Shown here piece after piece: positions 1-10,226 of a stretch of DNA of 64,000 bases. The notes below the pieces were generated by a model. The model had not been told where the DNA came from, did not search any database, and saw only the letters and a program-made list of their open reading frames with translations. The stretch is from an uncultured Verrucomicrobiae bacterium. Lineage in GTDB: Bacteria > Verrucomicrobiota > Verrucomicrobiia > Chthoniobacterales > Chthoniobacteraceae. The position numbers and the translations under genes are program-made. The DNA lies in contig CAWHEP010000016.1 in assembly GCA_963828525.1 (NCBI GenBank), positions 21,959-85,958 on the forward strand, in the 5' to 3' direction. The first letter of the stretch is position 1; the number at the start of each line of letters is the position of its first letter.

Positions 1-879
1 AGGGTCAACATTTTCAAGCGGAACGGGGAGCCAGCCATCGTGATGCGCAAACTCCAGTCAGAGGTGCCCTCTCTCGATAAGCTCGGCCTGCCGCCGATTT
101 TTAGGGACATCATCCGGGAGAAGAACGGCATTGTTTTTGTCACCGGGGGCACGGGGAGCGGCAAGACAACCACCCTGGCGGCAATGCTGAACGAGCTGAA
201 TCTTACTTCCGAAATCCATATTGTGAGTCTGGAAGATCCCATCGAGTTCGTGCAGTCTCCAAACGGGAAAGCCACTTTTAGTCAGCGCCAGCTGGGCCGC
301 GACTTCATTGATTTCGCTGGCGGCCTCCGCGCCGCCCTGCGCCAGGCGCCCAAGGTAATCCTAGTCGGAGAGATTCGTGACAGGGAAACGCTGGAGATCG
401 CAATGATGGCTTCCGAAACGGGGCATCTCGTCTTCAGCACGCTCCACACAATCAACGCTGGGCAGTCGATCGGGCGTGTTCTCGGCATGTTCAGCAAGGA
501 AGAGGAACTACAGGTGCGCCAGCGCCTCGCCGAGACTCTGCGGTTTGTCATAAGTCAGCGCCTTGTTTCAAAGGCCGGCGGAGGGCGCTTGCTCGTCACC
601 GAAATCATGGGCAGCAGCCTCCGGACGAGAGAAGCGATTACCTACGGGGAAAGCGAAGGGCGCACATTTAGCGATATCATCGAGGCAGGCGCTACCAAAG
701 GCTGGCATAGCTTCGACCAATCCCTTCTTAAGGCATACGAGAGCGACCTGATCACCGATGAGACAGCTATGCTCTATTGCAACAACAAGACGAGCATGAG
801 TCACAGAATCGACAGGGTGAAGCAAATCCGGGGCTCCACCGTGGAAGGCATCATAGGCTTGAAGTTGTCCACGGCGTAG
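1..879 (+). CDS. pilT: PilT/PilU-family type IV pilus retraction ATPase (5'-truncated by window edge)
   Basis: Frame open from base 1 (RVNIFKRNG...); Walker A GGTGSGKTT, EDPIE Asp box, ALRQAPKVILVGEIRD, TGHLVFSTLHT His box. Confidence 0.9.
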   Translation, partial: RVNIFKRNGEPAIVMRKLQSEVPSLDKLGLPPIFRDIIREKNGIVFVTGGTGSGKTTTLAAMLNELNLTSEIHIVSLEDPIEFVQSPNGKATFSQRQLGRDFIDFAGGLRAALRQAPKVILVGEIRDRETLEIAMMASETGHLVFSTLHTINAGQSIGRVLGMFSKEEELQVRQRLAETLRFVISQRLVSKAGGGRLLVTEIMGSSLRTREAITYGESEGRTFSDIIEAGATKGWHSFDQSLLKAYESDLITDETAMLYCNNKTSMSHRIDRVKQIRGSTVEGIIGLKLSTA

Positions 880-891
880 AGCGCGCGTACA

Positions 892-1551
892 ATGGAGGGG
901 TATCGCATGACCCCTCAAGCGCTCAAACATCTCAGGCGACAGTGCGCGGTGATGCGCCGACTCATCAAAGAGACGGGGCCTTGTACTCTGGCGCCAGAAG
1001 CGCGCCGCTCCCCGTTTGAGTCACTCGTCCGCGCGGTCGCGCACCAGCAATTGAACGGTAAGGCTGCCGAGAGCATCCTCCGCCGTTTCCGCGCTTTGTT
1101 TGCCACACGCCGCTTCCCGAACGCGCGTGAACTGGCGAATGTCTCCGACGAGGCGCTCCGCGGATGCGGATTCTCCAGAGCCAAGATCGCCTCGCTCCGG
1201 GATATCGCCGAAAAGACGCTCTCCGGAGTGATCCCGACATCCCGAGCCATCGCCAAAATGAGTAATGAGGAGATCATCGCGCGGCTCATTACAGTGCGTG
1301 GGGTCGGGCGATGGACTGTGGAAATGATGTTGATCTTCCAACTCGGGCGGCCCGATGTTTTGCCTGTAGACGATTTCGGTGTCCGAAATGGCTTTCGGAT
1401 TGCCTTTGGCCTCCCGGCCATGCCGAAGCCTAGGGATTTGCTTCCGTATGGCGAAAAGTGGAGTCCTCACAAAACAACCGCTGCCTGGTACCTCTGGCGG
1501 ACGGCGGATGCCTCCCGTGGGAGTAAGGCAATTGCCGGCGTAAACGCGTGA
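892..1551 (+). CDS. DNA-3-methyladenine glycosylase II (AlkA / HhH-GPD family)
   Basis: PFESLVRAVAHQQL, helix-hairpin-helix VRGVGRWT, LPVDD, WSPHKTTAAWYLW; alternative start at 907. Confidence 0.88.
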   Translation: MEGYRMTPQALKHLRRQCAVMRRLIKETGPCTLAPEARRSPFESLVRAVAHQQLNGKAAESILRRFRALFATRRFPNARELANVSDEALRGCGFSRAKIASLRDIAEKTLSGVIPTSRAIAKMSNEEIIARLITVRGVGRWTVEMMLIFQLGRPDVLPVDDFGVRNGFRIAFGLPAMPKPRDLLPYGEKWSPHKTTAAWYLWRTADASRGSKAIAGVNA

Positions 1552-2555
1552 AAGCTTATCAGCTCCTTTCCCAATCTGGCAGCGAGCTCTGCCCATGCGA
1601 GATCCCCATCCCTTCTCCAGGCCCTGGCGAGGTGCTCGTGCGCGTCCGCGCCACATCGCTGAATTATCGCGACCTTATGGTTTCCGACGGCCGCTATGGA
1701 CGAGTGGCATTACCACTGACGCCCCTTTCCGACGGCGCTGGAGAGGTAGTGGCGGTCGGGGAGGGGGTCGCTAAATGGGAAAAAGGAGACCGGGTTGCGG
1801 GTAGCTTCTTCCAGGGTTGGATCAGCGGGCCTTTTCGGCGTGACCACATGGAAACGGCCCTGGGCGGCTCTCTTCCAGGGATGCTTGCCGAATACGTCGT
1901 TCTTTCGGCGGAGGGCCTCGCCTCTATTCCCCATCATTTGAGCTTTGAGGCGGCAGCCACTTTGCCGTGCGCGGCGGTCACAGCCTGGAACGCTTTGGTG
2001 GAGCAGGCGGGAGTCGGGCCAGGCGATACAGTGCTGCTACTGGGAACGGGGGGAGTTTCCATTTTTTCACTTCAAATCGCCCGCTTGCGGGGCGCTCGCG
2101 TCATCATCACTTCCAGCAGCGAGGCGAAGCTCGATCAGGCCAGACAGCTCGGCGCCGATGAAGTCATCAACTACCGCCAAACTCCGGATTGGGAAAAAGA
2201 AGTGTTCAGGCTGACAGGCAAAAAAGGCGTCGATCACGTTGTTGAAGTGGGCGGCGCCGGCACGCTCGTGAAATCACTTCGATCCCTCGCTCCCGGTGGA
2301 ACGGTCAGCCTGGTCGGCGGGGTAAGCGGGTTTATCAGCGATCTGCCGTTGCTCGAAGTGATCGCCAAAGCGGCTGTCCTGCGCGGCATCTATGTAGGCA
2401 GCCGGGAAATGTTCGAAGCGATGAATACGGCGTTCCACGTAAACAAAATCCAGCCAGTCATCGCCCGGGTCTTTCCGTTTGAAGACGCGGCGGAAGCCTA
2501 CGCTTTCCTGCAAAGCGGCTCACACTTCGGGAAGGTAGTCATCAGCTTGCCCTGA
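1548..2555 (+). CDS. NAD(P)-dependent medium-chain dehydrogenase/reductase (zinc-type ADH-like / quinone oxidoreductase)
   Basis: SLNYRD, PLSDGAGEV, AATLPCAAVTAWNAL, GTGGVS nucleotide-binding motif, C-terminal HFGKVVI; start overlaps upstream stop. Confidence 0.9.
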   Translation: MKAYQLLSQSGSELCPCEIPIPSPGPGEVLVRVRATSLNYRDLMVSDGRYGRVALPLTPLSDGAGEVVAVGEGVAKWEKGDRVAGSFFQGWISGPFRRDHMETALGGSLPGMLAEYVVLSAEGLASIPHHLSFEAAATLPCAAVTAWNALVEQAGVGPGDTVLLLGTGGVSIFSLQIARLRGARVIITSSSEAKLDQARQLGADEVINYRQTPDWEKEVFRLTGKKGVDHVVEVGGAGTLVKSLRSLAPGGTVSLVGGVSGFISDLPLLEVIAKAAVLRGIYVGSREMFEAMNTAFHVNKIQPVIARVFPFEDAAEAYAFLQSGSHFGKVVISLP

Positions 2556-3112
2556 AGCCTGCAGCGCTGAGCAGCGCGCCGTTTTCCCGACCGCCGTTCG
2601 AGAACCACCGCCCCCACGGGTGGCAGATTGAAGAGGTAGCCGTTGGTGATCTGCGCATCGTAGCCGCCATTGGCGTATTCCCGTTCGAATTCGACCTGGA
2701 ATACGGACCATGACGAATTGAAGATTTCCTTGTAGGCCGACCCGCTGGGCAGGCCGAGCCATGAACTGTCCTGCTGCACGTCCGGCGTTCCGAAAGTGAT
2801 GACGGTGAAGAGGGACTGGTTCGAACCGCAGGTATAGGCAATGGTGCGATTCCCGGTGGCCACGACCTGGTAATTTGAGCTGCCTCGCAGGCCCTTGGAT
2901 GCATCGTTGCGCAGGCCCATCAATTGCCGGAACCATGCGAGTACGCGAGTTTGATCGGTGGGGTCGCCAGCGGGGAACTCGCAATTCTGCGGGTTGATGA
3001 CTTCGTTGAAATCAGGGAACGAAAAGGGGGTCGTCTCGCCGATTTCCTGGCCCATGAAGAGCATCGGGGCGCCGTTGGAGAGCAGAGTGAGGGCGCCCAT
3101 GGCCTTGGCCAT
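2498..3112 (-). pseudogene. C-terminal remnant of a GH13 alpha-amylase / glucan-branching-type enzyme
   Basis: GAPMLFMGQEIG plus an alpha-amylase C-terminal beta domain (YKEIFNS...LPPVGAVVLER); in-frame stops just upstream of 3136 remove the catalytic barrel; read-through tail overlaps the ADH gene. Confidence 0.65.
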
Positions 3113-3235
3113 TTGATGGCCAAAGCCGAAGATGCTCTATCAAGGCAGACGCAGCGTAGCGAGGAGCCCTGCACTGCACGGGCCATCCGCCCGCGATTAT
3201 ATTCCATGTGCGTTTAGCGCGGAAAACGCTGGATA

Positions 3236-4363
3236 TTATTCCACGCTAAACTCCGACGAACGGAATCTGAAGCCCGCGAGTGGATTACTGCCGGCTTCAA
3301 CGCCTTTGCGAAGCGATAAAACCTTGAAGTGAGTGCCCATCAGGTTTGGATGCATTAGTTGCGACAGCGCCAGGGATGCATGCAGATTTTCGCGCGCGTC
3401 CTTCCCGGGGCTCCAGCCTTCTGCTGCCAGCCCGGCGATGAAATGATGCTGATCCGTAAACCCATCTACGATGAAGCCCGCCGTCCTAGCAGCGCGGGCG
3501 AGACCCGTAAAATCCACCCGTGTGGTGATATCCCTCTCTCCTGGCTGTTGCAAAGGATCGTCAAACCGCTGGTGCGAAGCGTAGCAGGCGAGGGTGCCGA
3601 GGGCAGGTTGCTGTAGCCCGGGCGGCTTCCGACAATCACCATAGTCCAGCACCAAGACGTATCCGCTGACAAGGCTGGACGAGAGGGCTTCGAGGAAAGA
3701 GGAGGAGTCGAGGTTCGCTTCGAGCATCGAGCCTTCGCGCATTCCGCGGCCAGCCTCTTCAGCATAGGCGCGAAGCGCTGGGGAAGAAATAGGTAATTCG
3801 ACAAACTCGAACCCGGTCCCGCGAGTGACGACGCGCCTCTCCTTCCACCCGCCTTCTCGCAGCGTGAGGAGATGCGCGGGCATCGCGTCGATAAGCTCGT
3901 TTGAGAAATGAACGCCTGAGAATGGTTCTCCCAACGCGGGTTGCCACGAGACCTTGTCCGCAAAATCCGCCAACTTCTCCTCCTGCATCGCGCGCAGTTT
4001 TGTGAGCGGTTCCACAAGCACGTAACGAAGCGCCTCCATGAACCCCGGAGCATTATCCGACACAGAACGGAGTACGTCGCGCGCGAGCTGCCCATCGTTG
4101 CCGCCCTGCTCGACGAGGCAAAAGCGATCTGGCTTGCCAAGCCGTTCCCATATTTGCAGGAACTGCATGGAGAGCAACCGTCCGAACAGGGGGCCGACGC
4201 TCACGTTCGTAAAAAAGTCCCCCTCCTTGCCGATGCGCGCTTTTCCAGAAGCATAGTAGCCATATTCCGGATGGTAGAGAGCCTGCTCCATGAACCATCG
4301 GAATGTGACCGGTCCTTCGTCTGCGATCCGGCGCCGGATCAATTCTGTAAGGGGAGATGTCAC
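3236..4363 (-). CDS. SAM-dependent methyltransferase, MidA/NDUFAF7 family
   Basis: FMEQALYHPEYGYY, GDFFT, SNELIDAMP, LDYG, PGERDIT. Confidence 0.9.
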   Translation of the reverse strand: MTSPLTELIRRRIADEGPVTFRWFMEQALYHPEYGYYASGKARIGKEGDFFTNVSVGPLFGRLLSMQFLQIWERLGKPDRFCLVEQGGNDGQLARDVLRSVSDNAPGFMEALRYVLVEPLTKLRAMQEEKLADFADKVSWQPALGEPFSGVHFSNELIDAMPAHLLTLREGGWKERRVVTRGTGFEFVELPISSPALRAYAEEAGRGMREGSMLEANLDSSSFLEALSSSLVSGYVLVLDYGDCRKPPGLQQPALGTLACYASHQRFDDPLQQPGERDITTRVDFTGLARAARTAGFIVDGFTDQHHFIAGLAAEGWSPGKDARENLHASLALSQLMHPNLMGTHFKVLSLRKGVEAGSNPLAGFRFRSSEFSVE

Positions 4364-4488
4364 GCGCGATTTGGGATAGGAGAATGCCCGCGATCCCGGC
4401 GAGCATCCGTGGCCGTTGCTTGATTTTACGGGTTGGGTTTAATGTAGCGAATCGAAAAGGGGGAAATCATATCCGATCAAGAGCAAGG

Positions 4489-5167
4489 ATGCGTTGAAAC
4501 GGCGGGTTCCATCCAGGCGCTTTTCGCCTCCATTGCGACGCGATACGATTTTGCGAATCATCTCCTGAGTGGCGGATGCGACTTCTTTTGGCGTCGCAGG
4601 GTTGCCGCCATCGTGGGAGCCTGGTCGCCCGACTCCATCCTGGACGTCGCCACAGGCAGCGGGGATTTGGCGCTCGCGCTAAAGCGGCGAATCCCTGCGG
4701 CCCGCGTTGTCGGCACAGACTTCTGCCAACCCATGTTGTTGCGCGCTCAAGAGAAGGGGCTGGAGGAAGTGGTTCTCGCGGACGCTCTGAGCCTTCCTTT
4801 TCCGGATGGCGCTTTCGACGTCGTGACGGTTGCTTTCGGACTGAGAAACATGACCTGCTGGCCGCTCGCGCTGCGCGAGATGCGCCGGGTGCTCAGGGAC
4901 GGAGGGCACATTCTAGTGCTTGATTTCTCCATCCCGCCGCCCCCTTTGAGAGCTGCTTACCGTTTCTACCTGCACCGATGTCTCCCGCTCTTGGCGGGTC
5001 TTGTAACCGGGGAACGTGATGCCTACCGATACCTTGGCGATTCAATCGAGAGATTCCCCAGCGGCGCCCAGATGCGAGCACTGCTCGACCAATGCGGCTA
5101 CAAAGATCCCACAGCCGAACCGAAGACGGGAGGCATCGTCTCCATCTATACGGGAAAAGCAGGCTAG
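4489..5167 (+). CDS. ubiE: UbiE/MenG-family quinone biosynthesis methyltransferase (one-base frameshift just after the start)
   Basis: In frame upstream of the called ORF: IQALFASIATRYDFANHLLSGG; LDVATGSGD, FGLRN, AYRYLGDSI; removing one T in ATGCGTTGAA at 4489 restores MRETAGS. Confidence 0.85.
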
Positions 5168-5174
5168 CCCCGCG

Positions 5175-7017
5175 TCACGTGGCTGGGATGCTCGACGGCG
5201 CGGAGCGCAGCGGTGACGGAGAAGCCTGCGAAGGCGCAATCGGAGAAGGATCTGGTTTCCAGCTTGCATCAAGCGGGAGGATCAATCCATCGACGTCAGG
5301 CTGGCTCAGCGAAAACTCCCCATTCATCTCGTCAGTCCACGCGTTCCACATCCCCTCGTTGTCGCGCTTACCCAGCAGCAACCGGTGGCGTTTCCCAGAC
5401 GCAATGAACGTAACGATCATCCCCGCCTCGCTGCTATCGCGAGTCTTGCTTCCTGCCGACCACCTAACCGCCCGCAGTTGCGAAAGTGTCCGGGTCAGGG
5501 ACTCAATATTTGTTTGGTTTAGAGGGCCCGATCCCTTGACGAGTCTCCACCCCGAGTTCCCAGTTCGGGCAATGGCTGTGTCCGGTCTTCCTTTGTGGGT
5601 GACATCAATATCCGTGATCTCCTCTGGCCTAAACTTGAAGATCATCAGATCCTGCCACTCGACGGAATCCTTGGGAATCTGATCAAGGATCGCTTTGCTT
5701 ACGCTCACAATAAAGGGCTCATTCTCGAGCCTCGCATATACGCTGCTTCCCCCAATCGACTTTCCAAATGAGAGCGATTCAATCGGGCGTTCACCAGCTC
5801 CCGTTTCGGCAGTGGTGTCGGAGGCGTAGGAGCTGAACACGAGCCTTAGTTGCGGCTTATCCAATCCATACCTGGCCAGGTCCGAGGCGACATCTGAGAT
5901 AAATGCCGTAGTCGGCTGGCTCTCCAGTGACGCCATCAAAGCGCGCGCCTGATTTCCATTCGCCAGCTTGCCCCCGGACGTTTTGATGGTCCAATCCTCC
6001 TCCTTCCGCGCGAGAACGATCTCCGGGCGCCCTGCCGGTTGGATGCGCACCCGATCCACAATATCGAAGTTTAGGCGCAAAAGGTGGCGATCTCGGAGGT
6101 CGTTTGGCCGTTGTTCGACGATGGCCCCGACGGTGGCAGGGACGAGGCAGGTTGAGTCGCGACTTTCCAACCGCGCGTAAACCTTCTTTTTGTCGGCGTC
6201 GTCGGCATGGCCTAATTCAAAAACCTCAGGTTTATCCGATGAGGCGCTATAGAGAGAGACGGTGCCGCGCGGATCTCCCAACCCAAATCCGCCAGGGCTT
6301 TCACTTGCCGGGATGAATGTGTCGATGCGCGAATTCACAACCTGCGCGAGCATGTCGCTGATCTTCTCATCATCTCCGCGAGCGCTGATCGGCTTGCTAA
6401 TCTGCCAGTGTCCCTGGTTCTTCTCCGCCTGGATCTCTCCGGCCGCAGTCTTTATTACCAGCTTCTCAATCTGGGACACGTCCAACGCGCTAATTCTCCG
6501 ATCCCGCAGGTCGTCTGCCTTCCTCGATAGCTTTGGGCGCAGGCCGCTATCCACGACATACACCGTTTTCGAGCCTTCCAGCCCCATGTAGAGTTTGCCC
6601 TCCACGGCCGCGTCGGAATCCAATAAGCAATTCCGGGGGGGCGCCGTCTCCAAGCAACTTGAGGCGGATGTCGGACTTCGAAATACCGAATTCTTTCTCT
6701 TGTTCTTCCTTTGCTTCCAGCGAAGCATCTTTTTTCAGGGCCTGTATCGCGTCAAGCAACTGTCCCACGGCGGCGGCATCCGCTCTGTCGCTGAGCGGTT
6801 TTTCGAGCCGCCATTCGCCAGCCTTCTTTCGGGCTTCGATACGGCCCTCCTTGTTTGAAAGATTGAATCCTGTGATCTTTTCTGGATCAAAGGCCACCAC
6901 GTATTGTTCCCTTTCTGTAGCCTCGCGGGTTCCGGGCATGTTGCCCTCGTAGAGCTTTATGAAAGCGAACAACCCCGCGGCAACGATTAACAGGAGGAAT
7001 GTAGTTCTTGTTTTCAA
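5175..7017 (-). CDS. DUF4340-domain protein (ABC/Gld operon accessory), frameshifted near 6610
   Basis: N-terminal anchor MKTRTTFLLL; repeated units (W.LEKP.S.RAD, DLRDR, YGLDKPQL); ORFs 6547-7017 and 5175-6728 join; follows the GldG-like gene. Confidence 0.75.
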
Positions 7018-7023
7018 CGTTTC

Positions 7024-8496
7024 TCAGCTCCGCCGCCGCAGGAGCACCAGACCGCCGATCACTCCCGCGCAACAGGGAATTACAATCACAACCAGAAGCA
7101 GGAGATTGCTGGTTTGAGCCTCTGTCAGACTCAGCGTGAACATGTGCGCCACTTTCGGCGAGATTCCGGTTAACTCAGATCGATCAAGCAGCCAGTTGAG
7201 GCCGCTAAGGGCGAAATCCAGGTTGACCTGGGTGAGCGCCTGGTTCGCAAGGAAGTCTGAATTCCCCACCACGATCATGCGCGAGGAATTCACCTGAAGG
7301 CGAGTGTCGTTAAGCGCGCCTTTCTCGACGGCGACCGCCACCGTGAGAGGGGGGGCGTGATCGGTTTTAGGGTTAAAAAAGATATTGTCGCTATTATAAT
7401 CCGTCGATCCCCAGAACCCATCCGGTGCTCGCGCGAGCGGCTCTAACACGATCCCGGAAGAGCGGACGCGTTCCGCGTCGATACCCAGCGACTCCGTCTC
7501 TCCCGAAAACATGAGCGTAGCGTCTTTAAGACGCTTGGTAATCTGCGCGCCGGGCACACAGACAGCCGGAACCTGGCGCATGATCCCTTTGCCGAGCGGA
7601 CCAAGATCCATTGTCTTTAATACCCGGTCTTCGCGGGGCGCAACGCCCATCCCGTAAAGGAAAGCTGACAGCTTTGGTGTGGAAGATCCCGGATGAAGCA
7701 GGATCATCAGCCGGCCTTTGTTCTTCCAGTAACCTTGCAGCAACAAAATCTCGCGGTCTGAAAAATCATATTTCGGATGCTGTATGAGAATCGCTTTCGC
7801 ATCGGGGGAAATCGTGTCAACGTTTGCTAGGTTCACGGCTGTTAGCTTGATGTTTTGACGTTCGATCAACGTTTTGGCATTAGTCAGCTCATCGCCGCTG
7901 AGATCCATTTCGCCGTGTCCAGTGATATACAGCACGGAGTTCTGGCGCGCTTCGCTTACCTCTAGCAACGCGCTCGCAAGCGCCTGCTCTCCTTTGAATG
8001 CCTCGATTCGCGCTTGTTGTCCCAGCTCCGCCCCGCTGTTGTCCACCTCCACCAGTTCTGGCGCCGTCACGAATTTAACGCGCCCGTCGTAATCCACGAT
8101 CAACACATTCTCGTTCGCGCCGAACTTGTATTTATCCTGTAGCTGGCGCGCCCGGGTGAAGTTCCGGAACGGGTCGATATATTCGATCTCCACCTTCTTC
8201 TTGCCGGCATATTGCACCTCCTTCAGGAGGTTCAGGACGTCCGCGTAAACAATGCTGCCAGGCGAGAAGAAGACCAGGATTTTCGCGGGCTTCTTCAACT
8301 CCTTGAGAAGATGGATGGTAGTATCCGAAAGCGCGTATTTCCGATCGCGGGAGAAGTCCCAACGTTTAAAATGATTGAACCCGACATAATTGATCATCGC
8401 GACGATCATGAGCGTCGCAGCGACCTGCCCCAGCACATTGAGCCCGATCTGAACGCGCTTAATCTTGAATGGTCTTGTCGGCTCGGAATTCAACAT
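7024..8496 (-). CDS. GldG-family ABC transporter auxiliary component
   Basis: RWDFSRDRKYALSDTT, EYIDP, YITGHGE, VVGNSDF, NLDFALSGLNWL, C-terminal TM with RRRS. Confidence 0.85.
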   Translation of the reverse strand: MLNSEPTRPFKIKRVQIGLNVLGQVAATLMIVAMINYVGFNHFKRWDFSRDRKYALSDTTIHLLKELKKPAKILVFFSPGSIVYADVLNLLKEVQYAGKKKVEIEYIDPFRNFTRARQLQDKYKFGANENVLIVDYDGRVKFVTAPELVEVDNSGAELGQQARIEAFKGEQALASALLEVSEARQNSVLYITGHGEMDLSGDELTNAKTLIERQNIKLTAVNLANVDTISPDAKAILIQHPKYDFSDREILLLQGYWKNKGRLMILLHPGSSTPKLSAFLYGMGVAPREDRVLKTMDLGPLGKGIMRQVPAVCVPGAQITKRLKDATLMFSGETESLGIDAERVRSSGIVLEPLARAPDGFWGSTDYNSDNIFFNPKTDHAPPLTVAVAVEKGALNDTRLQVNSSRMIVVGNSDFLANQALTQVNLDFALSGLNWLLDRSELTGISPKVAHMFTLSLTEAQTSNLLLLVVIVIPCCAGVIGGLVLLRRRS

Positions 8497-8500
8497 CCGC

Positions 8501-9256
8501 TCAGGCCTTCCACTTCCTGTATTGGAACACATGCAGCGTCAGCGTCAGCATCAAAACCGTCATGCTTGTGTACCAGACAATCGGGCGTGAATCGATGATG
8601 CCCTTGGAGAAATCGCCCATGTGTTCGATGGCCGAAATGTAGGAAACCACCTCTTTAAAGTAAGGGGTGGTGATTCCAAAGATAAACGTCAGGAGCCCCA
8701 TGAAGAACCAGAGAGTGATGCTGGAAAACGAAATGACAGCCGCGTTGATCTGGTCCTTCGTCAGCACTGACGCGAGGCAGCCGATCGAGATGTAAAAGCC
8801 GCCCATTAGCAAAAGAAGCAGGTAAGCGCCCCAATAGGAACCCGGGGCGCGAGCGGCCTCCGCCTTTGTTACAAGCTGGAATATGACAAAGTACAGAAGG
8901 CTCGGCATCCACAGAACAATATAGAAGAACAGCGCGCCAAAAAATTTCGAGAGGACTACCTGCCAATCACGAACAGGGGCCGTTGTAAGCGTCTCAAACG
9001 TGCCCATTCGAAACTCATCCGAGAACAAACGCATGGTGATCAGCGGAAAGATGAGGACGTAAGAGAACCAGAATAGAATGGTATCGAAAAATGTTTCAAC
9101 GACCGTCACTTCGACCGGCCCCCGGTTTAGGACCATGACATCCGAGTAGAAGTTAAACCCGGTCAGCAGAAGGAAATACACCAGCACGACGTACGCGATC
9201 GGCGTGTAGAAGAACGCCTTGATCTCGCGAATGAGCAGAATGACGAATGTTCTCAT
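8501..9256 (-). CDS. ABC-2 type transporter permease (GldF-like)
   Basis: Multi-TM; REIKAFFYTPIAYVV, PLITMRLFSDEFRMGTFETLTTAPV, KGIIDSR. Confidence 0.88.
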   Translation of the reverse strand: MRTFVILLIREIKAFFYTPIAYVVLVYFLLLTGFNFYSDVMVLNRGPVEVTVVETFFDTILFWFSYVLIFPLITMRLFSDEFRMGTFETLTTAPVRDWQVVLSKFFGALFFYIVLWMPSLLYFVIFQLVTKAEAARAPGSYWGAYLLLLLMGGFYISIGCLASVLTKDQINAAVISFSSITLWFFMGLLTFIFGITTPYFKEVVSYISAIEHMGDFSKGIIDSRPIVWYTSMTVLMLTLTLHVFQYRKWKA

Positions 9257-9283
9257 GCTCAGTAACGCGAGCGCGGTCTCCAG

Positions 9284-10216
9284 CTAGCTATCCGCATGAG
9301 TGATCTCCACAAACACGTCTTCCAGTGTCGCGCGGCCTCGTGTGAGTTCCCTTACGCTCCACCCGCGTTCTTGCGTCAACCGGAAAACCTCTTCGCGCAA
9401 GTCCGAATTGGCTTCGGTTCGCAGGGTAAAGATTCGCCATTCTCCGTCGCCTTCCGCCGCGACGTCCTTCACGCCCTTGATGCGTGACAATTCTTCGACT
9501 CCTGAGTCGCGTCCAGTCCTGGCCTCGAGACGGATCGCTGCCGAGGTCCGAATCTTATCGAGCAGGTTTTGTGGTGTGTCAGATGCCTCGATCTTCCCTT
9601 TATTGATGATGATCACGCGGCTGCATGTCATCTCCACCTCGGGGAGGATGTGAGTCGATATCAGAATGGTATGATGCCGCCCCAAGTCTTTTATCAACTC
9701 TCTCACCTGCCGAATCTGGTTTGGATCAAGTCCAATGGTCGGCTCATCCAGTATCAACAGGTCAGGGTCATGCACCAGCGCGTCAGCCAGGCCCACGCGC
9801 TGGCGATAACCCTTCGAAAGCGTGCTGATAATCTTGTTTTGCACCTCTCGCAAGCTGCACAACTCAGTAACCTCTCCCACGCGCTGTTTCACACGCCGCC
9901 CTTTTACGCCCTTTATTGCCGCCCTGTAGCTCAGATACTCAGCCACTCGCATATCGGTGTACAGCGGCACATTCTCCGGGAGATACCCTAGATGGGTCCG
10001 CGCCTGCAGCGAATCCTCGAAAACATCGTAACCCGCGATCGAGGCTCGTCCCGACGAGGCAGGCATAAAGCTTGAAAGAATACGCATCGTAGTGCTCTTG
10101 CCGGCGCCGTTCGGCCCCAAAAAGCCAACAATCTCTCCCTTGCCTACTTCGAAGCTGATGTTGTCGACTGCCGTGAACCCGCCGTAGCGTTTGGTGAGAC
10201 CTTCAACTTTGATCAT
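9284..10216 (-). CDS. ABC transporter ATP-binding protein (GldA-like)
   Basis: GPNGAGKST, LSKGYRQRVGLA, LILDEPTIGLDP, STHILPEVE. Confidence 0.93.
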   Translation of the reverse strand: MIKVEGLTKRYGGFTAVDNISFEVGKGEIVGFLGPNGAGKSTTMRILSSFMPASSGRASIAGYDVFEDSLQARTHLGYLPENVPLYTDMRVAEYLSYRAAIKGVKGRRVKQRVGEVTELCSLREVQNKIISTLSKGYRQRVGLADALVHDPDLLILDEPTIGLDPNQIRQVRELIKDLGRHHTILISTHILPEVEMTCSRVIIINKGKIEASDTPQNLLDKIRTSAAIRLEARTGRDSGVEELSRIKGVKDVAAEGDGEWRIFTLRTEANSDLREEVFRLTQERGWSVRELTRGRATLEDVFVEITHADS

Positions 10217-10226
10217 GAACGCTTTC

